NCBI RefSeq assembly: GCF_006345805.1
Contig: NC_043006.1
Span: 28,210,001-28,274,000 of the forward strand
Length of the DNA: 64,000 nucleotides
Source: Octopus sinensis
Taxonomy: Eukaryota
Direction: 5' to 3'
The notes under the pieces are model-generated. The model was not told the origin of the DNA. It saw nothing but the letters and a program-made list of their open reading frames with translations, and did no database searches. The position numbers were made by a program, and so were the translations under genes. Shown piece after piece: positions 44,575-58,679 of this stretch. Every line of letters starts with the position of its first letter. Position 1 is the first letter of the stretch.

Positions 44575-46023
44575 GCTTCTGAGCAGGTATACTCTGTTGT
44601 TGATGTTGAAATTCCAATGAAGGAGCCTTGGATCTAGGTTAGAAACTGGCTTTTTCTCTATTGGCAGGAAATCTTGAAATAAAACTGAAAAATGACATAC
44701 ATATATACACTCATAAATATATATGTAGAATCATGTATATACTTATGTACATTCACATATAAAACCTCACATGCATAGAAACATTTAACTGTTAGTGAGA
44801 AAATCAACACAGAATGTTATTATCCTTGACAAGCAACTGGATGACAGATTAAGTCTAGTCCCTGAGAACAACTACCACAAGGTATCTTTCCTGACAATGC
44901 TCAAATAATTCTACTAAACCAGTCCAATGCAAAAGGATGAAAGGCAAGGTTTACTTTGGTGAGATTTGAACTCAAAGTAGAGAGATAAAATAAATATGCT
45001 CAATGACAATATTAGTTTACCATGTAAACCCAATATCTGAGTGGTACATTAGTTTATTGGCCTCAATGGAATGAAAGACAGGTAACCACATGGAGATTTG
45101 AACTGAGTATGTAAAGATACATAACTGAATATGATACTGTAAGGTATTTTGTGTGTCACACAACCAATTCTCTTGTTTTATTGCACAGAATTTGTAAATA
45201 AACACAACTGGGTGGCTATTGTGGAAATCAGTTTTGTATTTGATTAACACAATTGCTGAAAGGTCACTAAAAGGTCAACCCACCAATCTCTATCTTTATA
45301 TTTTTTGCCACTTTCATCAATTTAATGTTCTCGACAGCTCCATAAACTCTCTCTCACACAATACCTCAGTTTCAGTCACAATCAATAACTTGAACCAATA
45401 ATGGAGAGCAATTACATGTTCACTCGACCTGCCATTAGTAGCAGCTAAATCTCCCTCAAATCACATTCTTTTAGGAAAGGAAGAGGACATTGGATATACT
45501 GTGTTTGAATAAATGATGGGTACATAATGGATGAGTTAAGTCTGGAGAAAAGTTGGGATAGTTATGGCTTGAACACCTTTGGTTATAACTTGGCTGGATC
45601 AGAACTATTGATATCTTTATTATTTCAATCAACGGCCCACAAGTACCGAAAATTGATATTTGGATATGATTTGGTATTAGGGTTAGGGTTATCCAGCCAT
45701 ATAAATCATGCAAAGCTGGGATTGTTGCTTGGTGCAGCCCTACAGCTTGCCAGATCATGTCACATCATCCAAATCATGTCAGCATGGAAAATGTATGTTA
45801 AATGATGATGATGATGATGATGATGACTGTGTCACATTCCTTAGTTAATAAGCAATTAACCATTTAATTTGACCTGAGCTTTCTTTTAAGACAGAGGTTC
45901 TTAATATTTTGATTTTGTATGACACTACAGACAAGACATAAACAGTTACTGATGCTCTTCAAATGGAAAGTTGAAAAATGCTTTAAGATTTAAAATTTAG
46001 AATAAAAAAAAAAGAAACTGTTG

Positions 46024-46211
46024 TTTACACCCTTTTATTGATAAAACTTGTGTGTGAATATATTATTTCAAGACAGTGACATTAGTTTGGGTTTTATAAA
46101 GTCTTAAATTCTAGTTTTACACCTTTTATTGATAAAATTTGTGTGTGAATATATTATTTCAAGACATAGTGACATTAGTTTGGGTTTTATAAAGTCTTAA
46201 ATTCTAGTTTT
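46024..46211. repeat. Tandem duplication of a ~93-bp unique sequence
   Basis: tttacac(c)cttttattgataaaa...gtcttaaattctagtttt twice, near identical. Confidence 0.92.
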
Positions 46212-46489
46212 AAAAATCAATGCCACATTTCTTTCCAGTTTTTGCAAATCATTCAAGGTCCATGAGCATTACACTTCTCATATAATTTGCCCTTTGTTGT
46301 CAGCGGAGGTAATAGCTGTCTGAGTATATTCCTACTTGCTCTTACACTGGATACTACACTTTTAAGGCACATACTTCATGGCAATTTAGGTTACCTAGGT
46401 AGCTGTCAACTACTTCTATGGAATATTGCTGGCATTTGAAATTACATATTAACTAGGTGGATTTAGTGTTTATTGTCTCTGTGCATCTG

Positions 46490-46740
46490 CTACATATGAA
46501 ATCTACCAACTCTGATACCCTGCCTGTGATTCCAGTACTTTTCTGGTGTAGCTACACTTTAAACCATGCATACAGTGTGGAACATCTCTCTACTCATTTT
46601 ATGAATACTGGACTTAGGCATTTCCCTGATGATAGCAGGGTCCTGTGAATATTTTGATTGCTTCATCAATTTATATCTAACACTAACCTGGTATGGTACA
46701 AGGTTTTTCATTAAATATTAGGGGTCATTTGAAACACTAA
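46490..46740 (-). mobile_element. Unclassified interspersed repeat, also at 10060-10280 and 10915-11000 (+)
   Basis: Shared cttgtacc..ccaggttag..gtgttagat..aaa..gatgaagcaatcaaaata..cacagg.ccctgctatcatcag. Confidence 0.7.
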
Positions 46741-46986
46741 TTTCCAAATGTGAGCCTTTGCAAAATTCCATGTGTGTGTGTGTGTGGGTGAGAGAGAAAG
46801 AGAGAGAGAGAGAGAGACAGAGGGAGGGAGAGACAGACAGACAGAGGGAAATACATACTTTAAAGTATAATGCAGGATGAGGCAAGAGATAGGGATTACT
46901 GTTTTTGGTAACTTCTATTTACTGAGATATTAGATGATCTATTTCTGTTGGGTTATTTCCACACACACACGCACATGCTGAGGCAT

Positions 46987-47042
<56 letters not shown>

Positions 47043-48574
47043 TGAAGAGAAAGAAAGAAACAGACAGTAATATTAGTTGACCTGATGCTGGCATTTCTTG
47101 TGACACACACACACACACATACACACATGCATACACACACACACACATTGACATTAATTGTGCTTCCCTATATTAATGAAGCAACAGTCATCTCCACACA
47201 GTCACATGTATATACACATATACATATATGCACATAAATGAACACACATACACATAAACATACGTTTACATTTGAAATATAAAGAGGGAGATGAAGAGAG
47301 AGAGGGGGGGGGGAACGGAGGATGGATTTCAGTGATTCAAAGAGAGCTTATGGTAAAAACTAGGACTGTTTGATTTGATAAAACTTGAGAGTGTGGGAGT
47401 AAATGGCATAGGATTAGGGAGCTTATGATTTCTACTTCAACAACTGCCATTTCTAACTTCAAATACCAGCCAGGGTGTATAGTATTCACTAAACACACAT
47501 CTTTTCTAGTTATTTCTGTGTCCAAATACCACTTTAAGTGTATATTCACATATTAACACTTTCATTACCATATTTCTGACTACATTCACTAACTTTGCTT
47601 TAATTAATTTTGAAATAATTAAGAATTTAGCGAAACAACTTTGTCATTACTAAGCTGATGTTTGGTACACGTGATTAGCATGAAATTTTGGTAGAAGAGT
47701 TCATTTTAGATCACTTTAGCTATTTTGTTACCATATTTCTCTTGAGACATACTGCCTTTGTTTCAATTAATTTTGAAAATAATGAAGAATGTAGTATATC
47801 TTTGTCGTAATTAATCTGGTGTTTGGAATGAATTAACATGAAACTTTGATGGAAGATTTTAATTTAGATCACTTTTAAACAGGGCATTTGTATTGTTCAT
47901 CCAGCAGCAGTCTGAGGTGGGTTGGCATTAAATGTATATTCATATTGTACCATTAAGACTCAACTATTCTCTGTTCAAAACAACCTAGAATGAGTTCTCA
48001 AGGTGTACAGCAAGGTGACATCACTTTCATTGTACATTTAAGGGAGATATAAGATTACTCTTAGCTTCTTATGAATGAGATGGCATGAGTAAATACATCA
48101 GTCCTGACTAGTCGCTGAGTTCCTAAAAAGGACCAACATTTAAATATTATTTTGTTATAGAGCAGCTGTGCCTCACTAACAAACATTCCCCATAAGTCAA
48201 CAACAAGTAATATTAGTATAGTGAGTGATTAAAGAAGAGTTGGCTGTGATATTGGTTGGTTGAGGTATTGATAAATTATGTCAGTATGTATCATTCATAT
48301 TTGCTACTATAGTTTTTGGAAATGAGTAAAAAGAACATAGTTTATGGTTTTTGTATTGCTTCTACACCCTTTCTTTGATATCTGCAAGATAATGTATTAA
48401 AAAAAGTACACACTTATATACTATACAAGAGAGTTACCCATCACATGTTAGGTAATATTAGATTTCTCTTTGTGTCTCTCTTTTACCCTCTCTTCTTATA
48501 ATATCATATGAAGTAAGATGGACAAATTAACCAACTAACCACCCAACTAACCTCCCAGCATTTATATATTGGTT

Positions 48575-49260
48575 TCAAATTTTGGCACAGATCAGCAATT
48601 TTGGTAGAGTGGGGTAAGTTGATTACATCAACCCCAGTACTCAACTGGTACTTATTTTACCAACCCCGAAAGGATGAAAGGTCAAAGATGACCTCAGTTG
48701 AATTTGAACTCAGAATGGAAGTATGGATGAAATACAGCATTTTTCCTACTATGCTAATGATTCTGCCAGCTTGCTGCTTGAACCAGCATTTACATATTGG
48801 CAATTATTATATAGAACTGGCAGAATTGTCGGCCCATCAGACAAGATGCTTTGTAGCATTTCTACCAGCTCTTTATGTTCTGAGTTCAAATTCCATTAAA
48901 GTCAACTTTGTTTTTCGTCCTTTCAGAATCATTAAAATAAAGCATCAGTCAAGTACCAAGTCACTGTAACTGACTTTCCCCTTCCACTCCAAATCCCTGG
49001 TGTTGTGTCAAAAGTTAGAAAGATTTATTATTCTTATTATTAAGGTGATGAACTGGCAAAATCATTAGCATGTTGGACAAAATACTTTACACTGTTTCTT
49101 CTGGTTCTGAATTCAAATCCCACTGATGTTAACTTTGCTTTCATCCTTTCAGGGTTGGTAAAATAAAACACTAGCCAAGTACCTTGGGGTGGGGGGCAGT
49201 CAAAGTAATTGACTTGCCCACCTTCTCTCAAAATTGTTGAATTGACTAGTCCCATCACCT
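48575..49260. mobile_element. Cluster of three SINE family A copies (-, +, +)
   Basis: Family A heads and cores at 48575-48780 (-), 48800-49020 (+) and 49040-49260 (+). Confidence 0.75.
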
Positions 49261-51116
49261 CTCAAAATTACTGGCCTTATACCAAAACTAGAAGAAATTA
49301 TATGGAGATAAAACTGTCCCAGCTTTAAGTATACTTGCAAATACTTCTTTGTCTTAAAGTAATTTTCTAACAGCAGCCTAAAGTTTGACAATTTAACATG
49401 ACTCATCCGAAAATGTCATAATTTCTCAGAAATAGTTTTGATATTTAGTCTAGGACATTTAAACTGATTTATTTTTTTCAAATAAAGTAGATGTATTTGG
49501 TAATTTAGGTCTTATACCAGAGTTTTATCTCTACTGTTTTAGTATCCAATAACAAAATCTGTTTGCTATGAATCGTAATGGAATGGTATTGTTTCCTGAT
49601 AAATAAAGAACTAATAACCTCTCTACTATAGGCACAAGCCTGAAATTTTTGGGGCAGAGAATTAGAGTATTACATCAACCCCAGTACTCAGTTATTCTAT
49701 ACCTGAAATTAATTATGGCAGGAATGCTTTCATTATAGGTCTGCTAAAAATAAGTTTGTTTAAAAATAATATAATAAAAAAATAATAACAATACTACCAT
49801 GATGAAATGAACTCATTATTGTGAGTCATTATGTAGAAACTCAAGCTACTAAAAGAGCTTTAGATAGCATCACAACCATCCAAAATGGTCTTGAAACAAT
49901 CTAATGAGGTCTCCATTCAGAAGGCTGTAATATCATTTGATAAAGGAACATGGTATATTTGAATTCATATAACAAGGCTGTAACTTTAAATACCTTTACT
50001 CAAGGTCCCAAACATATACAATTGAACAATAAAGGAAAGAATTTGATGAATGGAGATCATGTTCATCTTCTGTGTACTGCCTCATGCCAGCTAGCTGACA
50101 TGTGTAGTAAGAGATCATGTCATTGTTCTCCGACGTCTAGATGCCAAAGGAGGTAGTTGCAAGGCCTCGTATCAGCATCTAGCATGAGGTTGTTTAAACC
50201 TACTGTCAAGGGAGGTAACTGCACCTACAGAGCAGCCAAATTTTTCTGAAATCCTACCCTTCCATCTTAAAAAAATGGAGAAAGTAGACATAGCTCCATG
50301 AGACATATCTGTAAAGATATAAGGTGGTCACAGCAGAAATAGCTGTAAGTACAGATCTGTTCAGTCAGGGTTAAACATGAAATACTTCGCATTGTATTGA
50401 CTTAAAGTTTACTTTCTCGACTCTGTAACAATAATAAAATGAGAAAAATAAAATAGCTTTTGTCAACCAGTCATTCTCCCAAACACATAACTCTAATGGT
50501 TACAGCTTTTACAAAGGAGATAATCATTTCTCCATAAATCAAAACTGGGTTGAAATTTGAAATTGAAATTAAGGAATCTTAAGGAAAGAAATGCATACAA
50601 TTCACATATTCAATTGTTTTTGTTTACTTAATGTAAAGTTCTTAAAATTTCTAGTCATTAGTACTAAGAAATAATCAGCATGACAAAACCTGTGACTTAT
50701 TAATTAAACACCTTATGAAGTGATACTTTTCATTAAAGCTGGAAATAATTACAGACTGAAGAAAATCCATAGAATTTGTAGTATTTTGTTTCTTTTCTTC
50801 ATAGAATGTTCATAGTTTAGGAATAGACAAAAAAAGAAAAGTTCTTACTATTCAAACACAGAATTTTGTCTTGTGAAAATGTCTTACAATAGCCAATAAT
50901 TTTAGTTTTAGATACAAACAACTTCACAAGCCATTTCTATCTTCTTTAAAGAGTAGATGGTCATTTCAAGCTTTTATTGATCATGATATTACCTTATGTG
51001 TGTAATGGAATAGAGATTTATTCATAAATCTACAAGTCTTGACCACCATCAACAGTTTAAAATGAATTTTTCATGAATTTTCAGGTAGAATTCTCTCATC
51101 TCTGAAATGACTGTTT

Positions 51117-51385
51117 TGTAAGTAGCTTGCTTACTAACCACATGGTTCCAGGTTCAGTCCCACTGTGTGGCACCTTGGGCAAGTGTCTTCTATTATAGCC
51201 TCGAGCCAACCAAAGCCTTGTGAGTGGATTTGGTAGACGGAAACTGAAAGAAGCCTGTCATGTATATGTTTACATGTCTGTGTTTGTCCCCTACCGTTGC
51301 TTGACAACCGATGTTAGTGTGTTTATGTCCTGGTAACTTAGTGGTTAGCAAAAGAGACTGATAGAATAAGTACTAGGCTTACTAG
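51117..51385 (+). mobile_element. tRNA-derived SINE family B
   Basis: gtaagtagcttgcttactaaccacatggttccaggttcagtcccactgtgtggcaccttgggcaagtgtc. Confidence 0.85.
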
Positions 51386-51501
51386 GAATAAAAGAATGAA
51401 TGATAAATGAATGAAACAGCTGAAAAACCGTTAGACTTTAAAAAGGAATATCTTTCTCATTAAATTAAGAAAATAGTCAACAATTTTTCATGAACTGAAC
51501 T

Positions 51502-51516
51502 TTTTTTATTTTTCAG
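51502..51516 (+). promoter_or_regulatory. 3' splice site upstream of the LRR ORF (implies an upstream 5'-UTR exon)
   Basis: tttttttatttttcag polypyrimidine tract and AG ending at 51516, 77 nt before the first in-frame ATG. Confidence 0.7.
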
Positions 51517-51629
51517 ATTTACTGGGACCATATGTTTCTATGTTGCATCTGACCAAAATATAATCCATGTTCAAGAGTTGAAAATCTAGAAAGATGCCTG
51601 TCTCCAGCATTACAAACACTGTAGATTTT

Positions 51630-53270
51630 ATGAAATATTTTCTTTTCATTATATTAATTTGTCTATGCCAAGGAATTCCATTTTCTACTAAGGATTTTGT
51701 TAAAAGATATCCATGCCTTGAATACAATGTCTGTGAATGTTCTGAAGGAATACATGACCCTTCTTATAGTGATACAGTCACTATTGACTGTCGGGCTAAG
51801 AATTTGACTAAAGTTCCTGCTTTGGTGGATTTAGACAAGAACAAGTACTATCGTCTTTGGTTACGTGATAATTACATCCAGTTAATTAATAGTCGGGATT
51901 TCAGCTGTGATTCAATTGTGGATATTGATATTGGTGGATATAATCAAGTACGCCATATTGCTGATAAAGCTCTGAGGGGTACCAATCGTTTCCTTCAGAA
52001 ATTGACATTAAACATCAGTTCCTTAAATATCTATAAACTTCGATTCTTACATGCTGTACCAACTTTGTATGAGCTCACTATTGAAGGTAACAACAAATTG
52101 CACAAAATCCCTAGCAGACTTCTCCCTGGTTATAAAATGAAGACTTTGAGAATGCTTTCTTTGGTGCATTGTGGAATTGAAAGAATTGCTTGGGATGCTT
52201 TTTTGGGTGTAAGCAATGTTAAAGAACTACATCTGTCACATAACCATTTAACTAACGTACCCAGTGATTCTCTGATGAGATTACGTCATCTTACCAAACT
52301 TGATCTCAGTTTTAATCGACTGACCACACTTGATGGTCAATCATTTACTCACTTATTTAAACTTTCAGAAATAGATCTGACAGGAAACGATTTTACAGAA
52401 ATGCAAGAAATTCCTAGTGATGTGTTTAAAGATCAGGAAACATCACTTCATAAACTAATATTATCAAATACTTTCCTCAGTACAATTCCAACTGAAGCAA
52501 TCCAGAATCTTCAAGAACTTAAGATTTTGAATATCAGTTATAATAAGATTAATGAACTTAACAATACTCAACCATTTTTAGGTCTAAAGTTACGAGTACT
52601 GGATATTAGTGGCAATAACATTCCGTTGGAAGCAACTTTGCTAAATGGTTTAGAAAACACACTTTTCAAGTTATTTCTTCGAGATATGAATATTACCGCC
52701 TTGCCTTATACACTATTAAAGAAACTAGGCCACCTCTATGAACTGGACATCTCAGGTAATATAATGCCTAAACTTCCAGATTCCTTTAACAAAGGGCTCT
52801 CTGTTAGACATTTTATACTACGTCGCATGAACATCAAGAAAATATCACCAAGGGCTTTCACTAAGCCATCTGAAATAGCAGAACTCTCCATAGATGTTGA
52901 ATCAAATTTCATTAGCAGTATAGACTTCATCAGGAATAGTCCAGCCTGCACTTTTCACTATCTGAATCTGATGGCAAATCCAATCAACTGTGATTGTATT
53001 TTATATGAACTCATTGTTGATAGGACTATACGTTTCTCAGGAACATGTTCCAGTATTAGCCAGAACCTGTTCAACTTGAGCTTTACCAGTAACTATCTTC
53101 AGAGAATGTTACGGCAAAAATGTTCTCCAGGAACATTCAACAGCCACTGCAGAAATGAGTATAAATCTAGACTAGCTCAACAAACATCAGGAACTTCCTT
53201 GCATACATACAGCAATATATTTTTGCTAATAGGAATTAATGTGGCCAGTCAACTAACTTTATTACAGTGA
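51630..53270 (+). CDS. Secreted, probably GPI-anchored leucine-rich-repeat protein (chaoptin-like), single coding exon
   Basis: Intact ORF from in-frame ATG 51594 (558 aa); likely start ATG 51630 gives signal peptide MKYFLFIILICLCQG. LRRNT (CLEYNVCEC...IDCRAKNLTKVP), about 15-16 LxxLxLxxN-type repeats, LRRCT (NPINCDC...GTC), hydrophobic C-terminus with no cytoplasmic tail. Confidence 0.9.
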   Translation: MKYFLFIILICLCQGIPFSTKDFVKRYPCLEYNVCECSEGIHDPSYSDTVTIDCRAKNLTKVPALVDLDKNKYYRLWLRDNYIQLINSRDFSCDSIVDIDIGGYNQVRHIADKALRGTNRFLQKLTLNISSLNIYKLRFLHAVPTLYELTIEGNNKLHKIPSRLLPGYKMKTLRMLSLVHCGIERIAWDAFLGVSNVKELHLSHNHLTNVPSDSLMRLRHLTKLDLSFNRLTTLDGQSFTHLFKLSEIDLTGNDFTEMQEIPSDVFKDQETSLHKLILSNTFLSTIPTEAIQNLQELKILNISYNKINELNNTQPFLGLKLRVLDISGNNIPLEATLLNGLENTLFKLFLRDMNITALPYTLLKKLGHLYELDISGNIMPKLPDSFNKGLSVRHFILRRMNIKKISPRAFTKPSEIAELSIDVESNFISSIDFIRNSPACTFHYLNLMANPINCDCILYELIVDRTIRFSGTCSSISQNLFNLSFTSNYLQRMLRQKCSPGTFNSHCRNEYKSRLAQQTSGTSLHTYSNIFLLIGINVASQLTLLQ

Positions 53271-53778
53271 AATTTGAAACTGATGAAACTATTGTTAAAT
53301 TATACTAAGAATATGTAAATATTTCTGTGTGTATCAAAAACAACATCAATGTATTATTGCTTGCAAAAGATAATCTATTTATTATTTTACTTTTTGCAAA
53401 CTTTCTTCTCTTTCAGCTCAAATGTTTCTGGGTGCACAAGTAGTCATTATCACTAGCAATCACCAGCGGTCATTTCAGCTATTTGTACAGAATCATTCTA
53501 CTTGTTTTGTACTAAAGGATTGAAAATAACTGTTCAAGAGACATTTCTTTACGCATGGCTTTAGCAAGTAACAAAACATATGGGTTGTAGCTTCATTCCT
53601 TGCAAATACATTATATGTGAATTATTTGAATGTAATTTTATTTCCAAAAATGAAGTACAGAAACAATAACGAGAAACTCCTGTAATAATATGTGTTAAGA
53701 TGGAAGTAGCATGTGTTTAAGGTATACAATGAGCCTGATAAAGTATAAAATAGCCATATGTGCTTCCATTCATCAGAA

Positions 53779-53784
53779 AATAAA
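53779..53784 (+). terminator. Candidate poly(A) signal of the LRR gene
   Basis: AATAAA about 510 nt after the stop codon; AT-rich context, so weak evidence. Confidence 0.3.
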
Positions 53785-55408
53785 ACTGCAATAGTTATAA
53801 TGTAGAAGAACAAAAGGAAATGGAGACACACTAATATAATTTTAAGTAACATAAAAAGAGTTTAGAATATTACTGATCCATATTTTATGTGATAATGATA
53901 TTGCTAATTAGAAATTGATTTTTTTTTTATTCAATAACTTGTCATATAAAGATGAGGCTTAAAATTTACGGTTGATGTATTAAATTTTGATGTTTATGCT
54001 TTCCTAGGAGTCACAGTAACACAGGAAATGATTTAATGTGAATTAAAACAGACCTGAAAATTCGATTCACAGAAAGTATGACAGCCACAGTATTGCATCC
54101 CCAAACACTTTCTTCTACTTTTAACAGTAGCTCCATATGGATGGAGCTACTGTAAAACAGAAGAAATTTGGATTTCAGGGACTTGAATTTAAATTTTCTG
54201 GTTTTAAAACCTCCCCTTCCATATCTCCATGTTCAAACACTAAGCTTTAATCAATTCATTTTCTAAATGTTTATAATCTTATATACACACGAGGTGCTAT
54301 AGTGTTGTTATGCTGTATTAGATAGCTAATAGCGTATCGTTGGTTAAAACTCGAATTGTCTCTCCTAGAAATTATCCTCAGTGTAGGTAAGCACTGTGCA
54401 CAAAAGAGGAATGATTTTCAGTAATGATAAAATATTAATATGTAATTATGTAATTCTATTAAAACAACTACATATTACTAAATATGCTCATTCTTTCATA
54501 AAAGTGTAGAGAGCACAATTCCCTTGTAATTAGTCTCCCTAGTAATTATAACTGTGAGTAACAGTAAATATATAACATAAGCAAGACCAGTCATTCAATA
54601 TACAAGAGGTTTTTTTTTCTATAGTACTTTTAAACATGCAATTCACTCGAGCAATCCTGCAGTAGGTATCCTGCAGGTATCACACCTTTCCTGGTAATTC
54701 TTTTCCAATATTTTTATATTCTGATGAAATTCTTCTTGTTCTACATTTAAATCACAGTGTTTCTGGAAAGTTATCTCAGTAACTATTGAGATAAATGGCA
54801 TTGCTACCCATATTACATACAGCCAAGCTTATTAATATTGAAGTACATGTCCTCTACTGCTCTATTGATTAAGAGTAGTTGTTTGCCTCATATTTTCATG
54901 AAAGAGAGAGGGTCCTTGACTACTAAAACAAACCAAGACCATGCACAGAACTTAGTGCTATCCACTAAATCTATGAAATTGGAGGCTTTCTCTGCTCAGT
55001 TCCTGAAATTTACAGCATAAATAGCCAAAGCAGACACCTTTGTTCAATGGGTATCCAGTTTCACTACAGAGTGTGTAAAGGGAAATTCTGTATCTACAAA
55101 ACTTATTGTGATGAGGCAATATTAATGATCTATTTGGAATTAATGCCTCATCGACCCAAGCGCTCAACCAGTAATTATTTTATCAACCCTGAAAGGATGA
55201 AAGGCAGGAAGAGTTCTAACTTTCAAGGTATCAAAATTTTAGCAGGCCAGAGTCTTGTTATCAGTTATTGATTACTGTAGTTGCCAACAACACGTCTTTG
55301 CCATTTTCACTTTTTTCATTTGTCTCCACTTTTTCTTTTGTTAATAGCATCTTTGTATGTCCCTTCCTTGTTTCTTTCTTTCCAATGGTCTTTTCTTTAT
55401 CCATAATA

Positions 55409-55634
55409 TATTTCTTTACTACCCCACAAGGGGCTAAACACAGAGGGGACAAACAAGGACAAACAAACGGATTAAGTCGATTACATCGACCCCAGTGCGT
55501 AACTGGTACTTGATTTATCGACCCCGAAAGGATGAAAGGCGAAGTTGACCTTGGCGGAATTTGAACTCAGAACGTAACGGCAGACGAAATACGATTACGC
55601 ATTTCGCCCAGCATGCTAACGTTTCTGCCAGCTC
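55409..55634 (-). mobile_element. tRNA-derived SINE family A, young copy
   Basis: Near identical to 15042-15274 and to the reverse complement of 37985-38192. Confidence 0.9.
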
Positions 55635-56250
55635 GATCCATAATAGTTGTTTGATTAGGCACTACAATCCTTTCTACTATAGACACAAGGCCTGAAAATT
55701 TGAGGGTAGAGAGTTAGTTAATTACATCGAATGAAGTGCTCAACTGGTACTTATTTTATCAACCCTGAAAGGATGAAAGGTCAAAGATGACCTCAGTGGA
55801 ATTTGAACTCAAAACATAAAGATGAATGAAATACTGCTCAGCATTTTGTCCAGTCTGCTAATGAGTCTGCCAACTTGCAATCATACACGTCAATGTCATA
55901 ATGCTATATTATATTAGTTAATAGTGTAGTGTTGGTTAAAACTGAAATTGTCACCCCTAGGAATTATTTTCAGAGAGAAGAAAAACTATTCTTTTATATG
56001 TTTTAGCCCAAAGGTTGTGACAATGCACCATCGGCAATGCTCATAAAAGAGGAATGTTTTTGATATTGACAGAATAACTTATATTTTTAGTAGGAATTAA
56101 GGAAAAGCAAATAAAGAAACTGTATTTGTTTCCATGAAATGAATATCAAATATGTCATAATAGTTCTCCAAAAGATGTACACAGCACAATTAGATGAAAC
56201 AGGAGCTTCATTCAGACAGAGGTCTAGGTCTCATCTCTACCAATCTTACA

Positions 56251-56251
<1 letters not shown>

Positions 56252-56317
<66 letters not shown>

Positions 56318-56352
56318 ACTACTACTACTACTACCACCCCTACCACCACCAA

Positions 56353-56385
<33 letters not shown>

Positions 56386-56520
56386 ACACACACACACACT
56401 ACTATACACACATACTACCATACACATACCACTACACACACACACATGCATACACACACTACACATACACATGCATGCATGCACATGTGCACACACACAC
56501 ACATTCACATACCTACACAA
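56252..56520. repeat. Compound microsatellite (CTA)n-(CTG)n-(CA)n
   Basis: Direct reading. Confidence 0.95.
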
Positions 56521-56939
56521 TATTTGAGTATGATGCATCATAATGATCTATAAAATTGAAATGTATGAGAAATAAGGTTCAGTAATTGAACCCAGTCTAA
56601 GGATGTTATGTTTATGAACAGGAATAAGACACCTGAATCTGATCCAAAAATATACTGATGAAAATATAATCTATAATCTATACAATGCATCAACTTTTTA
56701 TCATTCCTTTAGCTTTTATTTGTTTCAGTCATTAGACTCCGGCCATGCTAGGGTACTGCTTTGAAGAGCTTTTACCCAAATGAATTGACCCCCAGTACTT
56801 CTTTTTAAGTCTGGTGTTGTCAAGAGGTGGTGGGCGAGGGACAAACACAGACACAAAGACATGCACACACACCACATGTGAACTATTGGCGATTTTTTTC
56901 CTCCATTTTCTTTTTCTCTTGGACTTTCCTCTGTTTCCT

Positions 56940-56974
56940 TTTTCTGAAGAAGAGCTTTTGCTCAAAACGTAAAA
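56940..56974 (+). ncRNA. Hammerhead-like motif, family H-related, canonical CUGAAGA core
   Basis: TTTT-CTGAAGA-A-GAGC-tttt-GCTC-AAAAC-GT-A-AAA; G12 changed to A at a CpG. Confidence 0.4.
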
Positions 56975-57200
56975 CACCCTTTCTTTCCTTCTCTGGGCAT
57001 TTTATTAATACTTTGCATGTACCAGGTCCTTGTGTTGTTGTTTTTTTCTTGTTGTACTTTTTTTCTCTGTTTTTTTGATTAATTATATATATATATATAG
57101 GGTTATATAATCAGATTGTTACCTCATACACCATTGAATCCCTAGCACGAAACCGATTGGTAAGATTAGCTGTTATGGATACATAATAATGTAAACTTCA

Positions 57201-57239
<39 letters not shown>

Positions 57240-57247
57240 TGTGTCTG

Positions 57248-58095
<848 letters not shown>

Positions 58096-58679
58096 CCTTT
58101 GCCTAGGTCATTATTATTTTAAAATATTAAAATGTTAAAGGTAAGTATATTGCTAGGTTATCTCAAATTTTAGTGATTACACATCTAATGCACACATACA
58201 CATTCCAGTGGTAACAAATTCAAAAGTAGCTATATCTGGCCACTTAGAATAATGTACTCAAAGATAAGTCTCAGATTGAATAATCCATAATCATTAGTCT
58301 GACACAATATTAATATTTTATAAATACATACATACATTCATACATACATATATGCACACACGTACACACACACAAATGTACATATACATACATACACACA
58401 TACATATTTTCAGAAATTTGGATTTTCCACCTGTTCTAAAATATATGTTGTCTTCATCAATAGACACTTATGGCATCTTAAAATGTGTTGTAGAAAGAGT
58501 TTGAAATAATTTTGATTATGTCTTTGGAAAAGAAATCCATAAAAAAAACATCACATTAATTATTATTTTATTCAGTGCTGATATAAAGACAAAATCTTTA
58601 CCAATTATTCTCATTTTGTTTCTTGTTTATTATTTTCGCTTTTTTTATCCATTGATTTACCACCAAACACCAACCAATC

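Noticed and set aside
51506-51727. 73-aa antisense ORF over the LRR start (also 52736-52951)
   Set aside because: Shadow ORFs of the real + strand CDS.
56139-56553. Overlapping 105-134 aa ORFs
   Set aside because: Compound microsatellite translations.
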